DNA of 64,000 nt, from NCBI GenBank assembly GCA_046758745.1, contig JBHIAV010000010.1, positions 11,745-75,744 on the forward strand, written 5' to 3'. The stretch is from Gemmatimonadota bacterium (GTDB lineage Bacteria; Gemmatimonadota; Gemmatimonadetes; Palauibacterales; Palauibacteraceae). A program made the translations under genes and the position numbers. Of the stretch, positions 22,786-33,253 are shown one piece after another. The notes beneath the pieces are model-generated. The model worked only from the letters and a program-made list of their open reading frames with translations. It had not been told where the DNA came from and searched no databases. Numbering within the stretch: position 1 is the stretch's first letter; each line of letters starts with the position of its first letter.

Positions 22786-23252
22786 GGCCAGATTTCCGTG
22801 AAGACCCGCTCCGCCGTTCCGCACACGGCGGCCGTGAGGATGGCACTTCCCAACGTCCCGAAGAACAAGGCCACGAACCCGGTCGGAGCCCGCCCGACGA
22901 GACCGAGAGCGATCAAGGAGACCCAGCTACCGGCGAACAGGTAGACGAAGATGAAAGGCTTCGCGTCCGCGAACAGCAGATCACGCGACCTCGCACCGAG
23001 ATAGCCGAGCACCGTGAACACGATTGAAAGCACGCCCATCCCTTCCAGCGCCATCGATGCTTCGAGCAGGCCGAGCGCGAACCCGAGCGTCGCAGCGTAC
23101 CCGGCGCGCATTCGCAGGGAGGCCAGGAGGAAACCGCCGAGCAGAAAGCTCGGGGCTACCAACCACTGCAGCAGCACCGGACGAAAAGTGAAGTGCAGCG
23201 TGACGAAGAGGATCGCAAGGGCAGCACGCGCGACGGCCCCCGTCGTCGTCAT
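22782..23252 (-). CDS. mreD: Rod shape-determining protein MreD
   Basis: Multi-TM protein of about 156 aa between mreC and mrdA. Confidence 0.8.
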   Translation of the reverse strand: MTTTGAVARAALAILFVTLHFTFRPVLLQWLVAPSFLLGGFLLASLRMRAGYAATLGFALGLLEASMALEGMGVLSIVFTVLGYLGARSRDLLFADAKPFIFVYLFAGSWVSLIALGLVGRAPTGFVALFFGTLGSAILTAAVCGTAERVFTEIWP

Positions 23253-23301
23253 CCCCCTCCCCCCCACCCCCCGAGGCGGGCAGGTGACACGGCGGCGCGC
23301 G

Positions 23302-24123
23302 TCACGGACCTACCGGCTCCCGGCGCCACACGAGCACCACGCTCACCTCCTCCGGACGCACGGCCGGCTCCACCAGATAGCTCTTCTCCCAGCCCGACTC
23401 GCTCTGCGCCGCGAGCTCCCGCACCGTGCCGACAGGAATCCCGGGGGGATAGATGCCACCCACGCCTGCCGTGACGAGGCGGGTCCCGGCCACGATGTCG
23501 GCCTGGTAGGGAGCGCCCTCGAGCAGCATTACGCTCCCGCCCGACTCACGGCGGCGCGAGCGCACGATCCCCGTCGCACCGCCGGTCTCGGTGCGGACGC
23601 TCACTGCGAACTCCGGGTGGGTCCAGAAGTCCCCGATGGAAAACCCGGCGCCGGTGGAGCGTGCCACGCCCACGAGCCCACCGGTAGTGAACACCCCCAC
23701 GGGTGGCTCCACGCCCTCCCTGGCGCCCGCGCGAAGCAGGAAGGTGTGCGAGCTGCCGACGATCGGCCGTCCCGGCACGAGCTCGGTGACCAGAAACTCA
23801 CCGGGCCTACGATCTCGAAGGCTCAGGAGGACCCGCAGACGCTCGTTCTCGTCCACCGCTCCGGAGAGTTCGAGCAGCCGCCGGGAGAGGGAATCCCGCT
23901 CGGCCTCCAGTTCCTCCACGCGCCGCGCGAGACCCCGGCGTTCCGCGAGGTTGGCGTGGATGGAAAGGAACGGAGCGAGGACGGTAGCTCGCAGCTGCTG
24001 GGTCAGCTCTACCTGTAGCGCCGGGCTCATTCGGGCCAGCAGCCAGGCCCCGAACAGCAGGAGGGTGGTCAGTGCCAGATCGCGTCGCCTCGACTCCGGC
24101 CGCCGGACGGATGGATAGCCCAC
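23302..24123 (-). CDS. mreC: Rod shape-determining protein MreC
   Basis: Coiled coil ENERLRVLL, GLVG and GGIYPPGIPVGTV. Confidence 0.92.
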   Translation of the reverse strand: MGYPSVRRPESRRRDLALTTLLLFGAWLLARMSPALQVELTQQLRATVLAPFLSIHANLAERRGLARRVEELEAERDSLSRRLLELSGAVDENERLRVLLSLRDRRPGEFLVTELVPGRPIVGSSHTFLLRAGAREGVEPPVGVFTTGGLVGVARSTGAGFSIGDFWTHPEFAVSVRTETGGATGIVRSRRRESGGSVMLLEGAPYQADIVAGTRLVTAGVGGIYPPGIPVGTVRELAAQSESGWEKSYLVEPAVRPEEVSVVLVWRREPVGP

Positions 24124-24137
24124 GCTTCGGGATCGGC

Positions 24138-25172
24138 TCAGGTGGTCAACACGCTCCGGTAGCGTTCAAGGTCGTCGAGGATTCGGCCGCTCCCACGCAC
24201 CACGCAGGTGAGGGGCTCCTCATCGACATGAATCGGGAGACCCGTCTCCTCGCGGAGAAGGCGGTCCAGACCCCGAATGAGAGAGCCGCCACCCGTCATC
24301 ACGATCCCCCGGTCCACGATATCGGCCGCGAGCTCCGGGGGTGTGATCTCCAGGGCGCGGCGCACGGCCCCCACGATCGCCTGGACCGGCTCCAGCATAC
24401 ACTCCCGGATCTCCGCCGAGTTGACTCGAACCGTCTTGGGGATTCCGGAGACGAGATCTCGGCCGCGCACCGACATCTCTCGCTCCTCGTCGGTCTTGAA
24501 CGCGGAGCCGATCTGGATCTTGATCGCCTCGGCCGTCGGGTCGCCGATCAGGAGGTTGTAGTTCTTTCGCAGGAAGGTGACGATCGCCGCGTCCAGCTCA
24601 TCCCCGGCGACCCGGATGGATGTCTCCGCCACGGAGCCGGACAGCGCGATCACCGCGATCTCCGTCGTTCCCCCTCCGATGTCGATCACCATGTTGCCGG
24701 TCGGGGTCTCCACCGGCAGCCCGACCCCGATGGCCGCCGCCATCGGCTCGGAGACCATGTACACTTCCTTGGCTCCCGCCGCGTGCGCGCTCGATCGGAC
24801 CGCCCGCCTCTCGAGCTCCGTGATCCCGGACGGCACTCCGACCACGACCCGGGGTCGGATCTTGAAGAAGCGGTTCGCCGTCACCGTCTTGAGGAAGTAC
24901 CGCAGCATGATCTCGGTGACATCCACGTCCGCGATCACACCATCCTTCATGGGTCGCACGGCGTCGATCCCCGAGGGCGTCCGTCCGAGCATGCGCTTCG
25001 CTTCGAGGCCGATCCCCTTGATCCGACCCGTGCTCCGTTCCACCGCGACGACGGAGGGCTCGTTGAGCACGATCCCCTCGCCCTTCACATAGATCAGCGT
25101 GTTGGCCGTGCCGAGGTCTACTCCGATGTCGTTGATCGGCAGCAGACTCCCCTTCCGAAACCATTTCAGCAT
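24138..25172 (-). CDS. mreB: Actin-like protein MreB
   Basis: DLGTANT, EPMAAAIG, DIGGGTT and TGGGS motifs. Confidence 0.97.
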   Translation of the reverse strand: MLKWFRKGSLLPINDIGVDLGTANTLIYVKGEGIVLNEPSVVAVERSTGRIKGIGLEAKRMLGRTPSGIDAVRPMKDGVIADVDVTEIMLRYFLKTVTANRFFKIRPRVVVGVPSGITELERRAVRSSAHAAGAKEVYMVSEPMAAAIGVGLPVETPTGNMVIDIGGGTTEIAVIALSGSVAETSIRVAGDELDAAIVTFLRKNYNLLIGDPTAEAIKIQIGSAFKTDEEREMSVRGRDLVSGIPKTVRVNSAEIRECMLEPVQAIVGAVRRALEITPPELAADIVDRGIVMTGGGSLIRGLDRLLREETGLPIHVDEEPLTCVVRGSGRILDDLERYRSVLTT

Positions 25173-25374
25173 GGATGATCCCGAGCTGGATCCCGATTCT
25201 GCATCTGCCCGCTTTCCGGACGCGCTCGCTCGGCGAGCGTGGGCAGGCGGCCTCCCCGCGGTCTCGGCCGCCGCAATGTAGACGGGCCCTCCAGAAGGCG
25301 AAAGGCGACGTCCGACCGGGCTCGCCGGCCCGCTTTGGAGATCGGGAAGGCGACGAGGAGGACCGCTCGGAGGC

Positions 25375-26487
25375 TCAGAGAACCTCCTCGAGCGGAGTGT
25401 ACTCGAGCCCGAACGCCTCGGCGACGGCCGCGTAGGTGCACCTGCCATCCACCGCGTTGACCCCGAGCGACAGGGATTCGTCGGCCCGGCACGCCTGCCG
25501 CCAGCCCATGTCCGCGAGCTGGAGAGCGTAGTGGAACGTGGCGTTCGTCAGAGCCAGCGTAGAAGTTCGCGGAACGGCGCCCGGCATGTTGGCTACGCAG
25601 TAGTGGATCACTCCCTCCACCACATACGTCGGGTCTGCGTGCGTTGTCGGCCGCACGGTCTCCACGCACCCCCCCTGATCGACCGCGACGTCCACGATCA
25701 CCGAGCCTTTCTTCATCAGCTTCAAGTCCGTGCGGAGAACGAGGCGCGGGGCTTTGGCGCCGGGAAGGAGCACGGCTCCGATCAGGAGGTCTGCCCGTCG
25801 AAGCTGTTCGAGAATGTTGTGTCGGTTCGAATACAGGGTGTCCACGTTGGCCGGCATGACGTCGGCCAGGTAACGGAGACGGTCCAGGTTGACGTCCAGG
25901 ATGGTGACATGTGCCCCGAAGCCGGCGGCGATCCTGGCTGCGTTGGTTCCCACCACCCCGCCGCCGAGGATCGTCACTTCGGCCGGGAGCACGCCCGGCA
26001 CGCCGCCCAGAAGGACACCGGACCCGCCCGAGGCCTGCTCGAGGTATTTGGCCCCCTCCTGCACTGCCATCCGGCCGGCCACTTCCGACATCGGGGTGAG
26101 GAGCGGGAGCTCCCCGCTGGGTAGCTGCACCGTCTCGTATGCGATGGCTACGCAGCGCCGCTCGAGCATCGTGCGTGTCAGGGTCTCGTCGGCGGCGAAG
26201 TGGAAATAGGTGAAGAGGACCTGACCGGCCCGGATGCGGCTGTACTCGGGCTCGATCGGCTCCTTCACCTTCATGATCATCTCCGCCTCCGCCCACACAT
26301 CGTCCGCGTCCGGCACGATCTCCGCGCCGACCGAGGCGTATGCCTCATCCACGAACCCGCTCCCCACGCCGGCACCCTGCTCGATGAGGACCCGATGCCC
26401 GGCACCGACCAACGCTTCAGTCCCCGCGGGAACGAGGGCGATCCGGTTCTCATCCGATTTGGTCTCCTTCGGAACTCCTATGATCAT
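25375..26487 (-). CDS. ald: Alanine dehydrogenase
   Basis: [32 protein letters not shown] and ANMPGAV motifs. Confidence 0.96.
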   Translation of the reverse strand: MIIGVPKETKSDENRIALVPAGTEALVGAGHRVLIEQGAGVGSGFVDEAYASVGAEIVPDADDVWAEAEMIMKVKEPIEPEYSRIRAGQVLFTYFHFAADETLTRTMLERRCVAIAYETVQLPSGELPLLTPMSEVAGRMAVQEGAKYLEQASGGSGVLLGGVPGVLPAEVTILGGGVVGTNAARIAAGFGAHVTILDVNLDRLRYLADVMPANVDTLYSNRHNILEQLRRADLLIGAVLLPGAKAPRLVLRTDLKLMKKGSVIVDVAVDQGGCVETVRPTTHADPTYVVEGVIHYCVANMPGAVPRTSTLALTNATFHYALQLADMGWRQACRADESLSLGVNAVDGRCTYAAVAEAFGLEYTPLEEVL

Positions 26488-26554
26488 CGCGCGAACTCCT
26501 CGATCGGTCGGCCCGTGCTAGACGGCAGGTGCTCGGCGCTTCAGGCTCCGTCCG

Positions 26555-27832
26555 CTAGGCGGGAGTCAGCTCGAGCACGGCCACGCGATCCGGGTGGAGG
26601 AGCGAGGCGGCGGCGTTCGCGTCCTCGAGTGATATGGCCGCGATCCGGCCAGCTGTCTCCTCGATCGACCGGTACGGTTCCCCGTGCAGGGCCCCGGCGG
26701 CCAGCCGCTCCATGCGGAACGCCGTCGACTCGACGGAGAGATGGAGCTGACCACGGAGCTGCTCGCGGGTGACCTCGACCTCCGAGGCGGACAGTCCCGT
26801 CGTGGCCACGCGCTCCAGCTCGTCGAGAAGCGTCTCCCTCGCTCGCGTCGCCGCTTCGGGCTGCGTACCGACGTAGGCGCCGATGTGCCCGCTTCGACCG
26901 TAGAAGGCATGAAACGTATACACCTGGTAGGCCAGACCGAGCTCTTCCCGGATGCGCTGGAAGAGGCGGGAGCTCATCCCGCCTCCGAGCGCCGTGCTGA
27001 CCAGGATGAGGGCGTGGCGAAGCGGATCCGAATACCGCACGCCGAGCGCGCCCGCCACAATATGCGTCTGGCGGCCGTCCGACCGCGTCACCTCGAGAAG
27101 GCCGGTCCCTCCTGCGGTCACCGGCGCGATCCCGGGAGGGGCCACGGCCGGGGCGGGCGGCAGGAGGGGAAGGAGGAGCCCGACGAGCCGCGCGTGCTCC
27201 AGGTGCCCCGCCGCTGCGACCACGGCGTTGCCCGGATGATACGCTTCCCGGTGCAGCCTGCGCAGTGCCGCGGCATCGATCGAACCGACCGTGTCGGCCG
27301 TGCCCAGGATCGGAACCCCGTACGGGTGCCCGCCGTACAGGAACTCCGCGTGACGCTCGAACACCAGCTCTTCCGGAGTGTCCTCGACGCGGGCGATCTC
27401 CTCGAGGACCACGTTTCGTTCCAGCTCGAGATCGGCTTCCCGGAGTGCCGGCTGAAACGACAGGTCGGCGAGCACGTCCAGCGCGTTCTCGAGGTATTCG
27501 TCGGGGACTCGTACCTGAAAGGTCGTGTACTCGTGCGTGGTGAACGCGTCGAGTGAGCCCCCCAGCCGCTCGATCTCCAGGGCCAGGCGGCGGGCGGAGC
27601 GCGACTCCGTCCCCTTGAACACCATGTGCTCCAGCAGGTGGGAGATCCCTCGCTCCGCCGGGAGCTCATGCGCCGTGCCTTGCCGGAACCAAATCCCGAG
27701 CGCCACCGAGCGGACCGAGTCTATCCGCTCCGACAGCACTTCGGTGCCTGCCGGGAGGACGGTTCGCCACACCGTCCGGTCGAGCCGCTCGCTCACCCCT
27801 GGGGCGGCAGTCTGAGCGCTCAATCCCGTCAT
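26555..27832 (-). CDS. M16 family (pitrilysin-like) metallopeptidase
   Basis: HLLEHMVFKGT (HxxEH) and GMSSRLFQRIREELGLAY; usual position downstream of pnp. Confidence 0.93.
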   Translation of the reverse strand: MTGLSAQTAAPGVSERLDRTVWRTVLPAGTEVLSERIDSVRSVALGIWFRQGTAHELPAERGISHLLEHMVFKGTESRSARRLALEIERLGGSLDAFTTHEYTTFQVRVPDEYLENALDVLADLSFQPALREADLELERNVVLEEIARVEDTPEELVFERHAEFLYGGHPYGVPILGTADTVGSIDAAALRRLHREAYHPGNAVVAAAGHLEHARLVGLLLPLLPPAPAVAPPGIAPVTAGGTGLLEVTRSDGRQTHIVAGALGVRYSDPLRHALILVSTALGGGMSSRLFQRIREELGLAYQVYTFHAFYGRSGHIGAYVGTQPEAATRARETLLDELERVATTGLSASEVEVTREQLRGQLHLSVESTAFRMERLAAGALHGEPYRSIEETAGRIAAISLEDANAAASLLHPDRVAVLELTPA

Positions 27833-27923
27833 CCCCCGCTTCGCTTTCTGGCTCGGCGGCAAGCGAAAGCGGGAACCCGCTCCTCAGCCGGTCCTCGCCC
27901 GAAGCCATCGCTGCACACGCGGC

Positions 27924-30011
27924 CTATTTGCTGTTCATCGCCGCGCGCCTCGACAGCTTGAGACGGCCGCGCTCGTCGATCGCCAGCAGCTTCACCTTGA
28001 CGACGTCGCCCGCCTTGACGACGTCCTCCGTTCGCTCGGTGCGACCCTCCTCAAGCTCGGAGATGTGGCACAGGCCCTCGACGCCGGGGATGATCTCGAC
28101 GAACGCGCCGAAGGAGGTAGTGTTCTTGACGACGCCCTCGTATACGCGCCCCACCTCCGGCTCCGCGACAATCGCCTCGACCATCTGGCGTGCCCTCTCA
28201 CCCCCCTCTCCGGCGACAGACGAGATGGTAACGACCCCGGTGTCCTCGATGTTGATCTCGGTCCCGGTTTCCTCCTGGATGCCGCGGATCGTCTTCCCCT
28301 TCGGCCCGATCACATCGCCAATCTTCTCGGGGTTGATCTGAATCGTGATGATCCGCGGCGCATATCGAGACATCTCCGAGCGCGGCTGCCCCAGAGTCTG
28401 CGCCATCAATTCTAGAATGTGCAGGCGAGCGGCCTTCGCCTTCTCGAGCGCATCGCGTATCGTGGCGAGCTCGAGGCCGCCGATCTTGATGTCCATCTGG
28501 ATGGCGGTGATCCCGCTCGCCGTGCCTGCCACCTTGAAGTCCATGTCGCCCAGGGCATCCTCGATGCCGAGTATGTCGGTGAGCACCGCGACCCGCTCAC
28601 CCTGCTTGATCAGACCCATCGCGATCCCGGCACACGGAGCGCGGAGCGGCACGCCGGCATCCATCATCGCCAGCGACCCGCCGCACACGGTCGCCATCGA
28701 GCTCGAGCCGTTCGACTCGAGGATGTCGGACACAATACGGATCGTGTACGGGAACTCCTCGTACGGCGGCAGAAGCGACTGTAGGGCCCGCTCCGCGAGC
28801 ATCCCGTGTCCGATCTCACGGCGGCCGGGACCGCGAAACGGACGCACCTCCCCGACGGAGAACGGCGGGAAGTTGTAGTGGAGCATGAACGACTTGGACG
28901 TCTCCTGCCGAACGTCGATCGAGTCGATGCGCTGCTCGTCGCTGATCGTCCCGAGCGTGGTCACGCACAGAGCCTGCGTCTGACCGCGGGTGAAGAGCGC
29001 CGAGCCATGCGTGCGCGGCAGCACCCCGACCTCGCACGTGATCGGACGGATCTCCTCCGGCGTTCGGCCGTCCACCCGCTCGCCCCTTTCGAGGATCTGC
29101 CGACGCATCGTCTTCTTCTCGATCTCTCTCAGCACCGAGGCCGCGTCATCGAGCCGGTCCGCGTACTCCTCACCGAGCTCACCGACCACCGACTCCCTAA
29201 GGGCCGAGAGGGCCTGCTTGCGCTCGTCCTTGTTCGGGAGGTTCAGCGCCTCTTCGATCCGATCGGCCGCCACACGGTGCACCGTCTCCCGGAGCTCGTC
29301 AGGAATCGGAAGTGCCTCCCACTCGAACTTCTGGGGTGGGCCTCCGACCGCCTCGATGAGTTCCTGCTGGATCGCGATGAGCTCCCGCACCGCAGCGTGC
29401 GCGACCTCCAGCGCATCGATCATCTCGTCCTCGGAGATCTCTACCGCCGCGCCCTCCACCATGACTATCGAGTCTTCCGTGCCGGCTACCACGATGTCCA
29501 TTTCCGAGTATTCGAGCTGCTCGAAGGTCGGGTTGATCACCCACTCACCGTCGATGCGGCCCACGCGCACTGCGGCGATCGGGCCACCCCACGGGACCGG
29601 CGAGATGCTCAGAGCCGCCGAAGCGCCGAGCAGGGCCAACACATCGGCGTCGTTCTCCTGATCCGCCGAGATGACAAAACAGGCGACTTGTGTCTCGTTC
29701 TGATAGCTGTCGGGGAAGAGGGGGCGAAGAGGACGGTCGATCTGGCGAGCGGAGACGATCTCCTTGTCGCTAGGCCTGCCTTCCCGCTTGATGAAGCCGC
29801 CAGGAAACTTCCCGGCGGCGTAGCTCTTCGCCCGGTACTCCACGGTCAGGGGGAAGAAGGGCAGATTGCTGCGTTTCCGCTCGGCGACGGCGCTGACGAG
29901 CACCACGGTGTCGCCGAATTGCGCGAGGACCGCTCCGTCGGCCTGTCGGGCCATCCGGCCCGTCTCGAGGATCAGCTTACGGCCGGCGAACTCTTTCTCT
30001 AATCTGTGCAT
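27924..30011 (-). CDS. pnp: Polyribonucleotide nucleotidyltransferase
   Basis: FFPLTV, RREIGHG, SNGSSS, GDMDFKVAG, plus KH and S1 domains. Confidence 0.98.
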   Translation of the reverse strand: MHRLEKEFAGRKLILETGRMARQADGAVLAQFGDTVVLVSAVAERKRSNLPFFPLTVEYRAKSYAAGKFPGGFIKREGRPSDKEIVSARQIDRPLRPLFPDSYQNETQVACFVISADQENDADVLALLGASAALSISPVPWGGPIAAVRVGRIDGEWVINPTFEQLEYSEMDIVVAGTEDSIVMVEGAAVEISEDEMIDALEVAHAAVRELIAIQQELIEAVGGPPQKFEWEALPIPDELRETVHRVAADRIEEALNLPNKDERKQALSALRESVVGELGEEYADRLDDAASVLREIEKKTMRRQILERGERVDGRTPEEIRPITCEVGVLPRTHGSALFTRGQTQALCVTTLGTISDEQRIDSIDVRQETSKSFMLHYNFPPFSVGEVRPFRGPGRREIGHGMLAERALQSLLPPYEEFPYTIRIVSDILESNGSSSMATVCGGSLAMMDAGVPLRAPCAGIAMGLIKQGERVAVLTDILGIEDALGDMDFKVAGTASGITAIQMDIKIGGLELATIRDALEKAKAARLHILELMAQTLGQPRSEMSRYAPRIITIQINPEKIGDVIGPKGKTIRGIQEETGTEINIEDTGVVTISSVAGEGGERARQMVEAIVAEPEVGRVYEGVVKNTTSFGAFVEIIPGVEGLCHISELEEGRTERTEDVVKAGDVVKVKLLAIDERGRLKLSRRAAMNSK

Positions 30012-30091
30012 GAATCGGATACCTCTGGAAGCGGAGCGACGGCTCTCCGCGTGTCCCTGCCACCGGGCGCGCCGTCGCGCTCCACAACGCT

Positions 30092-30140
30092 AGAAACAAT
30101 GGGAAGGCCGCCGGGCGCGATTCGCCCGCGCCCGACGGCC
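30092..30140 (-). terminator. Hairpin downstream of rpsO (terminator or processing stem)
   Basis: 14-bp stem GGCCGTCGGGCGCG/CGCGCCCGGCGGCC followed by TTCCCATTGTTTCT. Confidence 0.55.
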
Positions 30141-30206
30141 GTGGCTTCGAAAACGGGTCCGGAAAGCCGATGAGCCCGCGCAGCCATGGCGGTGAACCCC
30201 GAACCG

Positions 30207-30476
30207 CTAGTGTCGCAGACCCAGCTCCTCGATCACTTGGCGGTACCGCTTCGGGTCGGTCCGCTTGAGGTACTCGAGCAGGCGGCGACGGCGGCCCACC
30301 ATCTTGAGGAGGCCCCGCCGGCTGTGGTGATCCTTGGCGTGCGTACGAAAGTGGTCGGTAAGCTGGTCGATCCGGGCGGTGAGAAGGGCGATTTGAACCG
30401 CGGCGGAGCCTTGGTCTCCCTCCTGCGTCCCGAAGCGCTCGATGATGTTTGCCTTCTCCGTGGTGTCCAGCGTCAT
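30207..30476 (-). CDS. rpsO: 30S ribosomal protein S15
   Basis: [36 protein letters not shown]. Confidence 0.98.
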   Translation of the reverse strand: MTLDTTEKANIIERFGTQEGDQGSAAVQIALLTARIDQLTDHFRTHAKDHHSRRGLLKMVGRRRRLLEYLKRTDPKRYRQVIEELGLRH

Positions 30477-30531
30477 CCGTTCCTCCGGCGGCCCGCGATT
30501 CCCGAGTGGGGACGGGTGCGCTTCTTGTAGG

Positions 30532-30594
30532 GTTGAAATTGTTGAAATTATAGTTCAAGCCTTGAAGAATATCCTTCAATCGCTTCGATTTCAA
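30532..30594. promoter_or_regulatory. AT-rich rpsO promoter region with a TTGAA/TTCAA pentamer array
   Basis: About 33% GC; perfect TATAAT on the minus strand at 30552-30547; seven TTGAA-type pentamers. Confidence 0.65.
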
Positions 30595-31577
30595 GCTCCA
30601 TGCCGCCGGAAAGCTCCATCTTCTGACGACTCCCGCTCGGCGAAGAACGCTCGGGCCCGCTGGCGGTCCTCCTGCATCTGGCGGACAAGCTCCGCCGAGC
30701 CGGCGAACGGCAGCACCTCCCGCAGACGAGCCAAGAACTCGACTCGAACCGTCTCGCCGTAGATCTCCCGATCGAACTCCAGTATGTACAGTTCCACCGA
30801 GGGCGGCGAGCCGGCGAAGGTCGGACGAGGACCCAGGTGCAGAAGCGCGTCCCGGATCTCGGTACGCAGGGAGGCCCGGACAGCGTAGATGCCGGCCCGG
30901 GGGAGGAGCTTGCCCCCCTCCGGCGGCCGCAGGTTGGCGGTCGGGAAACCAAGCCGCCGCCCGCGGCCGAGTCCATGCACGACCGGACTGCGAAAAGAAT
31001 ACGGCCTGCCGAGAGCGCGGCGCGCGCCCTCTACATCGCCCTCCAGCAGCATGCGGCGAATGCCGCTGGACGAGATCGGCTCGCTCTCGGAGTTCGCGCA
31101 AACCGCTTCCACGACGTCCACCTCGAATCCGAGGGCGCTGCCCAGTCGGCGAAGAGTGTGAATGTCGCCGGTGCGTCTTCGGCCAAAGCCGTGGTCGTAG
31201 CCGATCACGAGCTCCCTGACCCGGAAGCGACGCACCAGAACGAGCCGCACGAACTCCTCTGGCGTGTAAAGCGACAGCGCCCGCGTGAACGGCAGAAACG
31301 CAGCGTAGTCGAGCCCGGATTGGCCGAGAATCTCCTTCTTCTCGTCCATCGTGGTGAGGAGCGGCGGCGCCTCTTCCGCACGCAGCACGGTGAGCGGATG
31401 CCGATCGAAGGTGACGAGGACGCTGCGCAGCCGACGGCTCTCCGCCCGTCGCGCGATCTCCTGCAGCACGGCCCAGTGTCCGAGGTGGATTCCGTCGAAG
31501 GTTCCGACCGTGACGACGGTCCCCGGAACGTCCGGCGGAAGTCCGCTGTCGGCATAGCTCCGGAACTCAGCGTTCAT
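30591..31577 (-). CDS. ribF: Bifunctional riboflavin kinase / FAD synthetase
   Basis: GTFDGIHLGH, ISSSGIR, GRRLGFPTAN and GPRPTF motifs. Confidence 0.96.
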   Translation of the reverse strand: MNAEFRSYADSGLPPDVPGTVVTVGTFDGIHLGHWAVLQEIARRAESRRLRSVLVTFDRHPLTVLRAEEAPPLLTTMDEKKEILGQSGLDYAAFLPFTRALSLYTPEEFVRLVLVRRFRVRELVIGYDHGFGRRRTGDIHTLRRLGSALGFEVDVVEAVCANSESEPISSSGIRRMLLEGDVEGARRALGRPYSFRSPVVHGLGRGRRLGFPTANLRPPEGGKLLPRAGIYAVRASLRTEIRDALLHLGPRPTFAGSPPSVELYILEFDREIYGETVRVEFLARLREVLPFAGSAELVRQMQEDRQRARAFFAERESSEDGAFRRHGA

Positions 31578-32505
31578 GGAAGATCTTGAGGGGCCGGAGG
31601 AGAGAACCATCCCGGCTGGCCACTCCGAGGAGGCGTCCCTCGGAAAGGAGCCGCACCGGGGGAGGATCCGCTCCATCGCCAGCGAGCACCTCGCATCGGA
31701 TCTCGGGAGGGCGGAGCTCGCCGAGCGAGACACTTCCTCCGTTGGCGGCCCGCTCCGCCTCCTCGCCGGCCAGCTCCCGCGACGGGAGCCAGGACAGCGC
31801 CCTCGACGGGGAGAGGCGGGCGCCGGAAGGAATCGTCGCGGCCTCGAGCTCCCCCGCCCGCGCCGCGCTGTCCACCCGAAACGGCCCGATCGACGTCCGG
31901 CGTAGCGCGCTCAGGTAAGCTCCGCAGCCGAGGCGCCGGCCGATGTCGCGCGCCAGGGAGCGCACGTACGTGCCGGTGGAAGCAACGATCCGCAACCTCG
32001 CTGCCGGCGGCGCGAACTCCAACAGGTCGAGCGATCGAACCAGGACGGCCCGCTCCGCCAGGAAGAGAGGCTCTCCGGCCCGTGCCAGCTCGTGGGCCCG
32101 TCTGCCGCCGACCCGCACGGCGGAATAGGCCGGCGGGCGTTGCTGCTGCACACCAGTGTGTTCGGCCAGCACCTCCCGCAGGTGGCTCTCCCCGACCCGA
32201 CGCCACCCGTTCCCGCTCGCGACGACCTCTCCCATCCGATCGTGCGTCGTCGTCTCCGTGCCGAGCATGAGCTCGGCATCGTAGGCCTTGGGGAGCGGTT
32301 GAAAGAACTCGACGAGCCGTGTTGCGCTGCCTACGCACAGGAGGAGCAGACCGCTGGCGAACGGATCGAGCGTGCCCGTGTGTCCGATGCGACGGGTCGC
32401 GAGGGCTCGACGCGCCCGCTGCACGACGTCGTGCGACGTAGGCCCCTCCGGCTTGTCCACCAGGAGGACGCAGGGCGCGAGTGGATCAACCGGCGTCCCG
32501 CTCAT
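31567..32505 (-). CDS. truB: tRNA pseudouridine(55) synthase
   Basis: DKPEGPTSHD, GHTGTLDPFASG and STGTYVRSL motifs. Confidence 0.96.
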   Translation of the reverse strand: MSGTPVDPLAPCVLLVDKPEGPTSHDVVQRARRALATRRIGHTGTLDPFASGLLLLCVGSATRLVEFFQPLPKAYDAELMLGTETTTHDRMGEVVASGNGWRRVGESHLREVLAEHTGVQQQRPPAYSAVRVGGRRAHELARAGEPLFLAERAVLVRSLDLLEFAPPAARLRIVASTGTYVRSLARDIGRRLGCGAYLSALRRTSIGPFRVDSAARAGELEAATIPSGARLSPSRALSWLPSRELAGEEAERAANGGSVSLGELRPPEIRCEVLAGDGADPPPVRLLSEGRLLGVASRDGSLLRPLKIFHER

Positions 32506-32860
32506 CGGGGTCCGTGGAGCCGAGCGCCTCTCCGAGCAGCGTCTCGATCCGTCGGGCGTGCTCGATGGTGCGATCTTCCTCGAACCTGAGCTCCGGGATG
32601 CGTCGGAGACGAAGCTCCCGCCCCAGTCGCCGCCTGATGAATCCCTCTGCGCGCTCCAGCCCCCGCACCGCATCCGCCACGGGCGTCTCGCCGCCGAGGG
32701 TGCGCACGTACACGGTCGCGTACATCAGGTCCACGGAGGTACGTACGCCGGTCACGGTAACCGAGCCGACCCGCGGGTCCTTGATCTCCCTCCGAATGAG
32801 GCGCGACAACTCCTGCCGGAGGAGCTCGTTCAGTCTCTCGACCCGCCTCCGACCGGCCAT
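32486..32860 (-). CDS. rbfA: Ribosome-binding factor A
   Basis: KDPRVG, LRLRRIPELRF; operon context. Confidence 0.95.
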   Translation of the reverse strand: MAGRRRVERLNELLRQELSRLIRREIKDPRVGSVTVTGVRTSVDLMYATVYVRTLGGETPVADAVRGLERAEGFIRRRLGRELRLRRIPELRFEEDRTIEHARRIETLLGEALGSTDPDERDAG

Positions 32861-32910
32861 CGTGGCTCACTCCCCCCGGCCGCGGCGCAGACCGCCGGCC
32901 CGCCGCCGAA

Positions 32911-33198
32911 TCACAGGAAGACCCTCTCTCGCTCGACCACCGTGGCCCGCGGCTCCGAGGCGACGACGCGATCCAGACGGGTGAGGATGGAGTCCGCGAG
33001 CGTACGATCGGATGTAACGATCACCGCGCACAGCTCGGCCATCTTGCGGTGGTTCTGGAAGTTCGTCTCGGCCGCCGAGACGCGGAAGCGGGCCTGCAGC
33101 CGGTCGCGCAGGCCATGCACCACCTGCCGTTTCGTCTTCAGAGATCGACTGGCCGGCAGGTGCAGGACCCAGCGGGACAGCGCTACGACCGCAGCCAT
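32911..33198 (-). CDS. DUF503 (YlxP-like) protein
   Basis: SLKTKRQVV...RFRVSAAE; position between infB and rbfA. Confidence 0.88.
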   Translation of the reverse strand: MAAVVALSRWVLHLPASRSLKTKRQVVHGLRDRLQARFRVSAAETNFQNHRKMAELCAVIVTSDRTLADSILTRLDRVVASEPRATVVERERVFL

Positions 33199-33253
33199 CG
33201 ACCCGAGACGGCTTCGCTACCGACTCGGGGATAGGGGCCCCACCCCACCGGGC

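Noticed and set aside
30532..30594. TTGAAA/TTTCAA motifs resembling CRISPR repeat ends or a dif site
   Set aside because: There are no 25-45 bp repeats with unique spacers, no cas genes, and no match to the XerC/XerD dif consensus.
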